From Mobula birostris (taxonomy: Eukaryota), in NCBI RefSeq assembly GCF_030028105.1, contig NC_092376.1:170777613-170841612 (forward strand): a stretch of 64,000 nt of DNA. The letters are read 5' to 3'. Below, one piece after another: positions 50,536-63,684 of this stretch. Under the pieces are notes generated by a model, which saw nothing but the letters and a program-made list of their open reading frames with translations, made no database searches and was not told the origin of the DNA. Position numbers and translations under genes: made by a program. Positions within the stretch are counted from its first letter, which is position 1. Every line of letters starts with the position of its first letter.

Positions 50536-52084
50536 TGGTTATATGGTTATCTGGTTAGGATAACTCCTGGGGCTCCTTAGGTAGCAGGGGTGATTCGGTA
50601 GAGTCTCTTCCATAGGTTTACAAGAATCTTTTGTTCAGACAGAGAACAAATCAGTCTTCAAATCCTCATCCTTATCCTCAGACAATGCTAATGAAGCACT
50701 ACAAATGGACTTCGTGCTCCTGGGACTAGGCTGTCAAGCGACTACATTTAGGAGCCTTTCTCTTAGATGGGCATGGCGATGGGTTCCCTTAGGCTTGGCT
50801 ACTAGGGCTTCAGACCGCTTGAGCACCACCTTGGTGGGCCTTTTGGCTTGCTTCTGAAATAATTACCCTCTCTCTGCAGTTCCAGTGCACCCCCGACTAG
50901 ACATGGTCGGGACACACATGGTACTGTTGACTGGAGCTGGCTTGTTTTCCCTTGGACGCTGAATTGGGTCTTCCAAAGGCTCCAGGCTACTCTGAGCAAA
51001 AGTCTGCCTCCTTGTCGGCCGAGGCCCCAGGGGAGTCTGGGGGTCAGAATACCAAAGCAAACACATTCCCTCTTGCAACGACTTGATAATGCAATGATTT
51101 TCCCATCCTTTCAGTTCATGGAAGGGTTATATCTAGAAGATCTCTGCTTTCAGCTTGACACCAGAATCAGTAGGATTGGGAGTAGTGGCTTCTACCATCA
51201 CAGTCTGCTTGACACTGCACAATCTTAGCAGTTTTTCCAATGGCTGCAACCCCCCTTTTGTCTGGGCAGATCCTGCAGTAGGAATTGCTTTTATAAATGC
51301 CAATAGGGGAGTATTCGGACATTCAGCCTGCATGTGACCTGTTTCCCTACAGTAATAGCAATAATCTCGACTCCGACACCTAGACCTCTCATCAGTGAGA
51401 GTCTTGTGCAGCCGATTTGCATTGGCTCGACAGGATCTTGTGCAGGAGACATGCTGGTCATTGAATGAGGGCAGAAATGGAGCAATGAAGCGAGGCTTGG
51501 GCAAGTCCTCTTCAACCTCTGGAGAAAGTGTTCAGCCAAGTGATTATTGAAGCTGATGAACTGATCAATTGGAGCCTCTAAGACCTTTACCAGCTTTCCT
51601 AAGGCAAAGGCATCCATGAATTCAATTCAGAATCCGTGGCAATACAGAGGGGGCCAAAGCTTCCCCGTTCCAGCCACAGTCCTCACCCAAAGGCCGAAAC
51701 TCAGTAGCACAGTTGACTGCTGACCAACTACCTTGACGCATGTTCATCAAATGGTTCGAGGCTCTGTTTACGCTGGTGGGATGATGGCGCACCCTCTTCA
51801 TGGCGTTCATGAATTCTTCCAAATCAAGAACAGATTTTTAACCTCCATTCCCAATGTGGAATGGCCTAGGCCAGGCCTCACTGACCATCACTGCCTATGG
51901 TCGCTCCGAAGTTTTGTCAACACATCCAAGTGGGCACATGGGGAGACAGCATACTCGACCACTGCTACTCTCCCTTCCACAACGCTTATAAAGCGCTCCT
52001 CCACCCACCGTTTGGAAAATCCGATCATTTCTCCATCTTCCTGCTGCTGAGTACAGCCAGAAGCTGAAACAAGAGGCACCCATA

Positions 52085-54145
52085 GTTAAAACCGTCCACT
52101 GTTGGTCCAACCAATTGGTCTCTATGTTACAGAATTGCTTTGATGACATCAACTGGAATGTCTTTTGTGATGAGGTTGACTCCGAGTTTTATCCGGATGA
52201 GGATGACTCACAAGCTTCATCTGGAAGTGTATTGAGGATGTTGTCCCTCAAAAATCGGTCGGGGTCTATCCAAACCAGAAACCCTGGATCAACAGTTTTG
52301 TGCGTGCCGCACTTACCACGCGAGACAGAGCTTACGCCGTCAGGAACCAACAGGAACTCAAGAAATGCAACTACGATCTACCCAAAGTCATCAAGGCAGC
52401 AAAATAACACTACAGGAACAAGATCCAGATACAACTCTCCACCAACACACGTAGCTTATGGCAAGGTCTGCATGCCATAGCAGACTTCAAAGCTAAACAC
52501 AGTGGAGTTTCCAACATTGTTGCCTCTCTGGCAGATGAGATAAATCTTTTTTACACTCAGTTCAATGTTGCCACCATTGCGTCCCTGAGGAGAGCCATCG
52601 AAGCGACCTACACCTTGGTCATCTCTGAGACTGAAGTACGCAGGATGAGCGGACAGTCACAAGGCTGTGGGACTGGACAACATCCCAGGGCGGGTACTCA
52701 GAGTGTGCGTAGCACAGCTGTCAGATGTGTTTATAGACATTTTTAATCTCTCCCTCTCCCAGTGTAGAGTGCCCTCCTGCTTCAAAACATCCACCATTGT
52801 TCCTGTACCTAAAAAGACCAAAGTAACATGTCTGAACGACCGGAGTCCTGAAGCACTCTCCTCAAAAATAAGCAAGTGCTTTGAGAGGCTGGTCAAGGAC
52901 TATCACCCACACTAGAACCCCTACAATTCACCAACTGACACAACTGATCAACAGATAACACAAAAGCCACAGCTCTACACACCGTCCTTACACATCTGGA
53001 GGAAAAGGATGCTTACGTGAGAATGCTGTTCTTAGATGACAGTTCAGCATTCCACATTATACTTCCCTCCAGACGACAAGAAGCTCAGAGACCTTGGCCT
53101 TCACCCTGCCTTGTGTAGCTGGATCCTGGACTTCCTCTCAGATCGCTGGCAGGTGGTAAGAGTGGGCTCCCTCACATCCACCCCTCTGAATTTCAACACA
53201 GGTGCCCCTCAGAGCTGTGTCCTAAGCCCCCTCCTTTATGCTCTGTATATTCATCACTGTGTCACCACCCACAGCTCCAATCTGCTAATTATATTTGCTG
53301 ATGATACTACATTGATTGGCCTTATCTAAAATAATAAAAAGGCAGCCTACAGAGAAATCATCACCCTGACACAGTGATGTTAAGAAAACATTCTCTTCCT
53401 CAGTGTCACAAAAACAAAGGAGCTGCTTGTGGACTACGGGAGGAATGGAGGAATGGAGACTGGCTAACTCCTATTGATAGCAATGGATCTGGGATTGATT
53501 AAGTGAGCAGCTTTCAGTTCCTCAACATACACATCGCCAAGGATCTCATGTGGTCTGTACATACTGGCTGTGTGGTGAAAAAAGCACAACGGCTCCTCGT
53601 TCACCTCAGACAGTTGAAGAGGTTCGGCATGAGTCCCAGATCCTAAGTACTTTCTACAGGGGCACAATTGAGAGCATCTTGACTGGCTGCATCACTACCT
53701 GGTACGGGAACTGTACTTCCCTCAATTGCAGGACTCTGCAGAGAGTGGAGCTGACAGCACACTGCATCTGTAGATGTGAACTTCCCACTATTCAGGATAT
53801 TTAAAGAGACAGATGCATAAAAAGGGCCCAAAGGATCATTGCGGACCTAGTCACCTCAATCACAAACTGTTCCAGCTGCTGCCATCCAGGAAACAGTACC
53901 GCAGCATAAAAGCCAGGACCAACAGGCTCCGGAACAGCTCCTTCCACCAGGCCATCAGACTGATTAATTCATGCTGACACAACTGAATTTCTATGTTATA
54001 TTGACTTCCCTGTTGTACATATTATTTATTATAAATTACTATAAATTGCACATTGCACATTCAGACAGACATATAACATAAATATTTTTACTCCTCATGT
54101 CAGTGAAGGATGTAAGAAATAAAGCCGTTTTAGTTCAATTCTGGA
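52085..54145 (+). mobile_element. Rex1/Babar-type LINE
   Basis: [57 protein letters not shown] and ESILTGCITTWYGN; aataaag tail. Confidence 0.88.
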
Positions 54146-54518
54146 TAAAGGAGCGAGTTGATTCTGTCTCAGGTCTTGCCTGACAAGGGCTAGCAGTGCA
54201 GTGTGGTGTGTGCAGGATCCACCTGATCCCCACGCATCTCAAGAAACCCCGTCACAGGGTAGAGCAGATGGAGATCCAGCACAACCATCTTCCACCTCAG
54301 TCTGTCTTCAACTTGCTCCTCTCCTGTCATGAAATATCTTTGGATTCAGCTGGGTTATTCTAGACAGACAGATCTTCACAAGCTGCATCTGCCTCACTGA
54401 AGGTTCTGTAGAAGATCAAAAAGAATGGGAAAAAAAAGTTCAACATTAATGACCTACTTGGGGTAAAGGAAATATGTCTTAAATATTCATTCAGTTGTTG
54501 TTGTTTCTCTTTATACAG

Positions 54519-54851
54519 AAAACAGAGATCAGGTTTATTTCTTGGAAAAAAATTATGATGTCATTATACTCGAAAGACCAGACAATCCTGGAAATGGCAC
54601 TTTTGTCTTGGAATGGAAACCACACTCAGAGCAGCACACCTACCAAATGTGGACTTTCACCAGAATCTCAGGACAGTGGATTGGAAATTGGAACGATGAC
54701 TGGAGATCGCTTAACTTGTACCAGGAAATGAGATTGGATTATAGTACTGGTAATCTGATAATTAATGGACCCAACTTTAAATTTGCAGGATTATTCACTT
54801 TAACTCAAGCACAGAAAATCGTGAAGCAATATGAAATATTTGGAATCAAAG
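54519..54851 (+). CDS. IgSF gene exon, D1 (V-set-like, no cysteines)
   Basis: Polypyrimidine tract plus tacag acceptor; 333 nt open, phase 1-1; AAG|GTAAGT donor; LEWK, NLII and FAGLFTL at the V-set C, E and F strand positions. Confidence 0.85.
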
Positions 54852-55063
54852 GTAAGTGGGGAAGACAAGAATTTCTGATTATCTTCAAATAATTTCATGT
54901 AAAATGATGAGAGGTTGTGAGAATCATGAGATTTCTTTCACCCAGTGAAGAGTGAATCTCCCATTAAAACAAATAGGGGGAAGATTCTTGATATCTGCTT
55001 GTGAAATTTTTGTCAGGAGCAAATATCGTTTGATCATTTTACCAGATACAGCAAGGAAAAGAA

Positions 55064-56640
55064 GCAACAAAAACAAAATGCTGGAGGAACTCAACAGGTC
55101 AGCTAGCATCTATAATTTGAAATGAACTGTCTATGTTTCGTTCTAAGACCCTTCATGAGAACAGGAAAGGAAAAGGGCAGAAGAGTAAAAGACTGGGGTA
55201 GAGGGAGGAGCGACAGCTGGTAGAACATAGAACAGTACAGCACAGTACAGGCCCTTCGGCCCACAATGTTGTGCCGACCCTTAAATCCTGCCTCCCATAT
55301 AACCCCCCACCTCAATTTCCTCCATGTACCTGTCAAGTAGTCTCTTAAATTTCACTAGTGTATCTGCCTCCACCACTGACTCAGGTAGTGCATTCCACGC
55401 ACCAGCCACTCTCTGAGTGAAAAACCTTCCACTAATATCCCCCTTGAACTTCCCACCCCTTACCTTAAAGCCATGTCCTCTTGTATTGAGCAGTGGTGCC
55501 CTGGGGAAGGAGCGCTGGCTATCCACTCTATCTATTCCTTTTAATATCTTGTATACCTCTATCATGTCTCCTCTCATCCTCCTTCCCCCCAGAGAGTAAA
55601 ACCCTAGCTCCCTTAATGTCTGATCATAATGCATACTCTCTAAACCAGGCAGCATCCTGGTAAATCTCCTCTGTACCCTTCCACATCCTTCCTATAGTGA
55701 GGGGACCAGAACTGGACACAGTACTCCAAGTGTGGCCGAACCAGAGTTTTACAGAGCTGCATCATTACCCCATGACTCTTAAACTCTATTCCTCCAATCT
55801 TTGTGTCGTCTGCAAACTTGCCAACCCCCTCCTCCATCCCCACATCCAGGTCATTAATAAAAGTCATGAAAAATAGAGGTCCCAGAACCGATCCTTGTGG
55901 GACACCACTAGTCACAACCCTCCAATTCGAATGTACTGCCTCCACCACGACACTCTGCTTTCTGCAGGCAAGCCAATTCTGAATCCACCTGGCCAAACTT
56001 CCCTGGATCCCATGCCTTCTGATTTTCTGAATAAGCCTACCATGTGGAACCTTGTCAAATGCCTTACTAAAATCCATGTAGATCACATCCACTGCACTAC
56101 CCTCATCTATATGCCTGGTCACCTCCTCAAAGAACTCTATCAGGCTTGTTAGATACGATCTGCCCTTCACAAAGCCATGCTGACTGTCCCTGATCAGACC
56201 ATGATTCTCTAAATGCCCATAGATCCTATCTCTAAGAATCCTTTCCAACAGCTTTCCCACCACAGACGTAAGGCTCTCTGGTCTATAAGTGAATCCACGG
56301 GAGGAGAGTGGGTACGTGTGAAAGGGAGGGAATGACGTGAGAAGCTGGGCTGTGATAGGTGGAAGAGGCAATGGGCTGAGGCAGATGGAAGCTGATACGA
56401 GAGGACTGTGGAGCATGGAATAAGGGGGAGGAGATGGGAAACAGGGGAGGAAGGTGTGGGTAATGTGCAGCTCACAGAGGCTGGTGAGGGAAAAGGGACT
56501 GGGAAGGGCTTGTTGTCTGGGAATGGAAACCAGACTCATGGCTAGACATCTGGAAACTGAGGCCTTTCCAATGAACAGACAAGGCCTGGTGGAACAGGGT
56601 GTCTCACTGGAGAATGAGACACAGTGTACCAGCAGATGGA
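55064..56640 (-). mobile_element. Penelope remnant split by an internally deleted CR1 (about 55213..56290, minus strand)
   Basis: Pseudo-LTR end at 55064..55212 and purine-rich tract from 56290; the CR1 piece matches the 44245 copy. Confidence 0.75.
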
Positions 56641-57974
56641 TCTGGATTCTGGCACCATTAATTTGAGAATTAGTAAATACACCTGTGAACTTGCTGTATT
56701 GTCCACTCTGAGTCAAACACAGCCAAGGAAACGAATTCAGAAATAATATGAAAACTTTGGGATTAAAGGTGAGTGGGCCAGACGAAGATCAATAACATGT
56801 TTCCATGCAAATAATTAGAGTACTTCTCCCACTAAAACAACTAAGAGAAAAAGTATTTGTTCATTGCCTCTGACATAAAAATGGTTTGTCAATTTTCTGC
56901 AAGAACAGGAAGCCATGGAATCTACCCCACAGTGAGTATTATGGTCTGTTTACTGTCATGGTGTAAAATGCACTGAATTGTGTTGTGAAACATGTCGATG
57001 ACTTCTAATGAATCTCAGCACAGTGGGTCCGGGGTGAGACTAGACATTGAAACTACTGATCAGTGTTATCCAGTGGACCATGTCAATGGCTCGCTTGGTC
57101 AAGATTAATGAGGAAGCCAATTTTCTGTGGAGTTTGGACTCTGTCAGAGAGTTCACTCCATAAGGGCAACTTCACAAAGGGATATATGTATTAATTCAGT
57201 TGCATCTCAAACTTGTTTGCATTCTTGAATCAAAATTACCATGCGGAGACCAAAAAAAAGAGAACAGCTGGAATTTCCCTATGTGAAATGTGAATAAATA
57301 AAGGACTTCCAGTGCTGTGTTTCCTAAGGTGAAATTCCCAGCTTGCTGGCATTTACAGGAGGTGAATCTGCTGGCACTCTCAATTACTGCACTCTACACG
57401 TACAACCAGGATTTTGTAGGAATACACTGATATTCCCGGCATTGACAGTTGGAAAAACTGTTGGTGGTCCTGGTGCGAGGTCACTCATTTCACTGGGGAA
57501 TTTACAGGGTGTGGAGGAAAGGGTGGAAGAAAGTAAATTACTTGATTCTGTGAGTTTGTGTTTAGATGAATTTGTTCATTTATAAGTATTTTCAAATGAT
57601 ATTATATGTTAAATATTTATTAAATGAAAATATCTATTTATTTAATATTAATATAATTGGTGCCATTCAGAAACATTCCAACACTCTGGCAGCTTCAGCA
57701 GGGGACAAACCTGGGGGTGTGACTCTACCTCCTGTGGACAATTCTCCACAGTTGTGCAGGTGGGGCTAGTCTGTCCCATCTATATGACATAAAGCCAGTC
57801 AGTTAGACCTTGCCACCATATATGGCATTGCCAATTGGCTCCAGGTTGCTCCCAGCCAATCTTTGTCCTCTGGAGAATCAGAGCTGTGAGCTACACAACC
57901 CAGCCCAATCCTGTCTGTTAGCCTAAAATTAGTGCTGCATGCTGGGTTGGTGAGGGGAAAGCTTACTGTCTCAT

Positions 57975-58125
57975 GGAGACACAAAAGACTGCAGATGCTG
58001 AAATCTGGAGAAGTGCACAGTGCTGGAGGAACTCAACAGCTCAGGCAGCACCAATGCAGAGAAATGCACAGTCTGTGTCCATTTCTCTCCAGAGATGCTA
58101 CCTGACCTGCTGAGTTCCTTTGGCT
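57975..58125. repeat. Decayed Penelope-derived inverted repeat
   Basis: ggaactcaacagctcaggcagca ... gatgctacctgacctgctgagttcc; same family as 21346..21579. Confidence 0.6.
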
Positions 58126-58639
58126 TATAATGTGTCACTGTCAGACAGACTAAGGAACAGTAGAGTTGGGTCCTGAAGTGCCATCCTGACCAAAGGACTG
58201 GCCTCAGACCTTTGATCTTGGAATGAAATTGCACCAGATTGAATTCACCACAGCAGAATATCCGTTAACTTAAACACCCCTGGATTTCATTATTTCTTGC
58301 CATCTTCCAGGATGGACAAAGTCAGGGAATTCTTCTAGAGAACCAGCCTCTCTCGGAGAGAATTTCTTCATGGAGGGTCAATAATTGGAGACCTGCCCAG
58401 GTACATTAAATAGAGTCAAAGAGTCTTGGAAAAGTACAGCAGAGAAACAGGCCCTTCGGACAAACTAGTCCATTCCAAAACCATTCAAACAGCCTACTTT
58501 CATTGACCTACACCAGGACCATAGCCCTCTATCCCCTACCCTTTCATGTTTTTGTCCACACTTGGCTTAAACGTTGAAATCGCATGCACCACCTTGTATT
58601 GGCAGCTCATTTCACACACTGACGACTTTCCTGTCATGT

Positions 58640-61495
58640 TCCCCTTAAGAGGGCATTGATGGCAGTTACATACAGGCCTCCCAACAGTGGCTGGGATGTG
58701 GACCACAGGTTACAAAAGAAAATAGAAAAGGTGAGTGTAAAGAACAACGTTATGGTAGTCATGGGAGATTTTAACATGCTAGTTGATTGGGAAAATTAGG
58801 ATGGTATTGGATCTCAAGAGAATGAGCTTGTTGAATGCCTAAGAGATAGCTTTTCAGAGCTGTTTGTCATTGAGCCTACTAGGGGATCACCTATACTGGA
58901 TTGAGTGTTATGTAATGAACCAGAGGCCATTAGGGAGCTTAATGTAAACGAACCCCGAGGAACCAGTGATCACAATATGATTGTGTTCAACTTGAAATTT
59001 GATAGGAAGAATGTAAAGTCTGATGTAGCAATACTTCAGTGGAGTAAGGGAAATTACAGTGGTTTGAGAGAGGAGATGGCCAAAGTAAATTGGAAGGAGC
59101 TGCTGGCGGGGACGTCAGCCGAGCAGCAATGGCATGAATTTCTTGGAAAAATGAGAAAGGTGCAGGACATTGAATTTTAAAAATGAAGAAATACTCAAAT
59201 GGTAAAATAGTACAACTGTAGCTGATAAGGGAAGAGTTTGGACCAGCTTCTTTCCAACTGTGATAAGACTGCCTGACGGGTCCTGACCTGGATCTGGGCC
59301 ATACCCTCCAAATATCCGGACCTGCTTCTTGGATTTTTTGCACTACCTTACTTTCACTTTTCTATTTTCTATTTATGATTTATAATTTAAACTTTTAATA
59401 TTTACTATCGATTTGTACTCCAGGGAGCATGAAGCACAGAATCAAATATCACTCTAGTATCAATTGCTTGGCGACAATAAAGTATAAAGTAAGGGAAGTC
59501 AAAACTAATGTAAAATCAGAAGAGAGGGCATACAACAAAGCAAAAATGAGTGAGAAGACAGAGGATTATGAAGCTTTTAAAACCCTACCGAGAGCAACTG
59601 AAAGAATTATTAGGATAGAAAGGATGAACTATGAAAGCAAGCTAGCAAATAATATCGAAGAGGACAGTGAAAGTTTTTTAAAGTATGTAAAAAATAAAAG
59701 AAAAATGAGGGTGGATAAGGGCCGCTAGAAAATGACGCCAGAAAAATAATAACGGGACAAAGAGATGGCTGATGAACGAAATGTGTATTTTGCATCAGTT
59801 TTCACTATGGAAGACACTGGCAGTACGCCTGATGTTGTAGTCTGTGAAGGAAGAGAAGTGGGTACAGTTACTATTACAAGAGAGAAAGTGCTCAAAAAGC
59901 TGAAAGATCTAAAGGTACGTAGGTCACCTGAACCAGAGGAAAAGCACCCTAGGTTTCTGAAAGAGGTAACGTTAGAGTTTGTGGTGGCACTAGAAATGAC
60001 CTTTCAAAAATCATTGTACTCTAGCATGGTGCCAGAGTACTTGTCAATTGCAAATGTCACTCCACTCTTGATGAAAGGAGGAAGGCAGCAGAAAGGAAAT
60101 CATAGACCAATTAGCCTGTTCTCAGTGGTTGGGAAGATATTAGAGTCAATTGCTAAGGATGAAGTTATGGAGTACTTGATGACACAAGACAAGATAGTAC
60201 AAAGTCAGCATGGTTTCCTTCAGGAAAATCCTGCCTGACGAACCTGTTGGAATACTTTGAGGATATTACAAGTAGGATAGATAAAGGGGATGCAATACAT
60301 GTTGTATATTTGGAATTTCAGAAGGCCTTTGACAAGGAGCCACACATGAGGCTGTTTACCAAATTAAGAGCCCATGGTATTACAGGAAAGTTACTAACAT
60401 GGTTAGAGCATTAGCTGATTGATAGGAGGCTGTGAGTGAGAATAAAAGGATCCTTTTCTGGTTGGCTGCCAGTGACTAGTGGTATTCCACAGGGGTTAGC
60501 ATTGGGACCACTTCCTTTCATGCTGTATATATATGATTTCGATGATGCAACAGATAGCTTTGCTGCCAAGTTTGTAGATGATACAAAGATTGGTGGAGGG
60601 GCAGGTAGTGTTAAGGAATCAGGTAGGATGCAGAAGGACTTACAGTAGGAGAATGGACAAGAAATTGGTAAATGAAATACAATTTTGGATATGCACGGTC
60701 ATGCACTTTGGCAGTAAAATAAATGTGTGGACTAATTTCTAAATGGGGAGAAGATCCAGGAATCTAAGATGCAGAGCGACTTGTGCAGAACACCCTGAAG
60801 GTTAACTTGCAGGTTGGTGGTGAGGAAGGCAAATGCCATATTGGCATTCATTTCAAGAGGTCTAGAATAAAAGAGCAAGGATATGATGCTGAGGCTTTAT
60901 AAAGCACTAGTGAGGTCTCACCTTGAGTATTGTGAACAGTTTTGGGCCCCTCATCTTAAAAAAGATGTGCTGCCATTGGAGAGGGTCCAGAGGAGGTTCA
61001 CAGGAATGATTCTAGGAATGAAAGGGTTATCATACGAGGAACGTTTGATGGCTCTGGGTCTGTACTCGCTGGAATTTAGAAAGATGAGGGGGGATCTTAT
61101 TGAAACCTTCCAAATGTTGAAAGGCCTAGACAGAGTAGATGTGGAAAAGATGTTTCCCATTGTGGGAGAGTCTAGGACAAGAGGGCACGGCATCAGGATA
61201 GAAGGGCACCCTTTCAAAACAGAGATGCGGAAAAATTTTTTTAGCCAGAGGGTGGTGAATTTGTGGAATTTGTTGCCTGATGCAGCTGTGGAGGCCAGGT
61301 GATTGGGAGTATATAAGGCAGAGATTGTTAGGTTCTTGATTGGACATGACATCAAAGATTACAGGGAGAAGGCCGGGAACTGGGTTTGAGGAGGAGATAG
61401 AGAAAAAAGATGAGCCATGATTGAATAATGAAGCAGACTCGATGAGACAGATGGCCTAATTCTACTCCTATGTCTTATGTTCTTATGGTCTTAAA
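58640..61495 (+). mobile_element. CR1 LINE (endonuclease to 3' end), decayed
   Basis: TSDHNMI, GNHRPISL, SGIPQG, FVDDTK and RSHLEYC; tail ctcctatgtcttatgttcttatggtctt. Confidence 0.9.
59235..59489 (+). mobile_element. 255-bp Rex/L2-like 3' tail insertion inside the CR1
   Basis: 9-bp TSD taagggaag (59226..59234, 59490..59498); aataaagtataaag end. Confidence 0.75.
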
Positions 61496-62436
61496 CTTTT
61501 CACATTTCACCCTTGACCCATGCCCTCTGGTTGTAGTCCACCCCAACCTTAGTCGAAAAAAGCCTTCTTGCATATACCTTATCTATACCCGTCAAATCTC
61601 ACAATCTTCTACATTCTAAGGAATAAAGTCCAGAAATGTTCCATCTTTCCTTATAATTCAAGTCTTCCAGACCTGGCAACATCCTTGTAAGTTTTTCTCT
61701 GTTGTCTCTACTTTTTCTGCAATATTTCCAACTTTCCTGTAGATTGGTGACCAAAACTGCACACAGTACTCTGCAGGTGGCCTCACCAACGTCCTGTACA
61801 ATTTCAACATTCTGTAACTTCAAAGATATTTGATGTTAATCTTGTCCATAGTCTCCCAGCGCATGTGTCAGGTTGACTTACTGAAGTGTGCTGGCACCTT
61901 GAGGACAGAGTCAGACTGGTGACTTTTCCATGTAATACGGTAATCCTGGTAAGACAGTCGTTACAGTTCCAGTGCACCTTCCGCTGGTGAGATTCAATCT
62001 CCTGCCTACTGGGGTGTCGAAAGTTACAAACCTCTTCAAACGGTGTGTCCCTGAGCCGAACTCTGACACTCCAGTGGGTTTAGGGGAAAGGTCACTGGTT
62101 CTGCTCGGCCTCATTAACCCAGGTTGAGCTGGGCTGAGTTTCAATGGCCCTGCTGTGCAATTCCATGACGTGAATGCACACATTAATGCAGAACTGCTGA
62201 GAACAGAAACATCCTGAGGTCAAAACAGAAAATGCTGGAAAACCCAGCAGATCAGGCAGCATTTGTGGAACAATTAATGATTTCAGTCAAACACACATCA
62301 TCGGAGTAGTTTATATTTCAGATTTCCAGCACCTGCCGTTTTCCTTGATGGTCACATCCTGAGTTCAGTTCGAGCCCGATCATTGGACTGTACACGTCAC
62401 CACTCACTCTGAATCTGATTGGTCTGTTTCTCACAG

Positions 62437-62706
62437 TTGAGACGAGTTCACAGCAGCCTCTGTTGGGCAGTGACGTCACCCTCAGCTGTACCATCTCCAG
62501 ACTCCCAGATACCGTCAGTCTCCACTGGAAACCAGTGGGCTCATCCCAGCAGAACAGGAGAAACACTGATCAGATCCGCCTGAATAACACCGCCTATCTG
62601 ATGGTCCGACACGTTACAGTGAAGGATGGGAAGTTGTATCAGTGTGAAGTGCGGGAAAACGGAAACATTGTTCTCACAAGCAAAGCAGATTTTACTGTAG
62701 GCACAG
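62437..62706 (+). CDS. IgSF gene exon, D2 (C2-set-like)
   Basis: tttctcacag acceptor; 270 nt, phase 1-1; VTLSC..LHWK..LYQC; CAG|GTAAGT donor. Confidence 0.93.
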
Positions 62707-63052
62707 GTAAGTGTTGTTATCAAATGCTGGATATTAAAATTGCACTTGTATCATCAGTGGTTCATGTAATGTTGGGAGTGAACCCCTTGAAAGAGCATAG
62801 TCCATGATCAACTGTCCTCTGTAATTTGCATCAATAGTTAGACAGAAGCTTCTAGAAAGTCTCTCTGCGGAGTAGCTGCCTGCTTGTCTCTGTGTAACAG
62901 CCACAGCACATAGGAAGGAGGCACTTCTGTCAGATTTGTACAGAAGACACGTGTAACTAGACACGTGTAAGTGTTGTTATCAAATGTTGGATCTAAAATT
63001 ACATTTGTATAATTGGTGATTCATGTAACGTTGGGAGTGAACCCCTTGGAAA
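62707..63052 (+). repeat. Local duplication of the D2 donor and first 86 nt of the intron (62707..62792, 62967..63052)
   Basis: Both copies read gtaagtgttgttatcaaatg.tggat...gttgggagtgaacccctt. Confidence 0.9.
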
Positions 63053-63267
63053 ATTGTAGTCTTTTGAAACTAAACTGTAATAAGTACTTTTATCATATTT
63101 AATTTGCTTTTATGTGGAATTCACAAAATGCCACCTTTTAAACCTTGAACAGCTGGACAAAACATAAAACATTTTTATATAAATGTGGATGAGAATTTTT
63201 CATCATTGTCTCTGAAAATAGGCTGTTATAACAGGTGACTATGTTCTCCACTGTCTCTCTGATACAG

Positions 63268-63606
63268 CTTTATATCGGAAGCGTTACACCCTTTATCGTC
63301 CCAGCACAGATTACAGTGAACTCCACCTGGTTTGCTATTCTCGTTCTGCTTACACTCGTGGTGAGTGGACCTGGAAATCACGTCAACCACAGGACCAACA
63401 GAAACAAATAGCATCTGCAACAGTCTATCAGCCCATCAATGTCGGTAGCACCGACTTTGAGAATCGACTGATGACCTCGGTGAAAAAATTCAATGGCAAG
63501 AATTTCAGTGTGAGGATTGTCCCGGTTTTGTTTGGAGATGCCGGAGTTCACATATGTTCTCTAGGGTCAAATACATTTCCGACCATTGAGCTAATCACAG
63601 TGAAAG
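63268..63606 (+). CDS. IgSF gene exon, D3 (V-set)
   Basis: gatacag acceptor; 339 nt open, phase 1-1; LHLVC..EWTW..FSVRI..GDAGVHIC; AAG|GTAGG donor. Absent from the ORF track; translated by hand. Confidence 0.9.
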
Positions 63607-63684
63607 GTAGGAGACAGAATGTTGCAGTTGCGTTTACCAATTAAGTCGTTGTTTAGAATGTAAATAACCTGCTTGTTTCCACAG

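Larger units (their letters stand above)
41606..52070 (-). mobile_element. Chromovirus (Sushi-like Ty3/Gypsy) in three pieces: 41606..44244, about 48108..48175, 50536..52070
   Basis: Gag (MRQGSWSAVNCATEFR..GWNGEAL, CYYCRETGHMQAEC), protease (TDSG), RT (KLDLWSAY, FGLPNAPAVFQ, NLDDNL), integrase, chromodomain, polypurine tract at 41906..41918 and probable 3' LTR at 41606..41905. No 5' LTR seen. Confidence 0.85.

Noticed and set aside
55640-56716. 358-aa chimeric ORF as a novel fusion gene
   Set aside because: It is a low-complexity Penelope tract read through into an internally deleted CR1 RT, with no promoter or splice support.
61911-62183. 90-aa minus-strand ORF
   Set aside because: No recognisable motif; probably an ancient repeat remnant that I could not classify.
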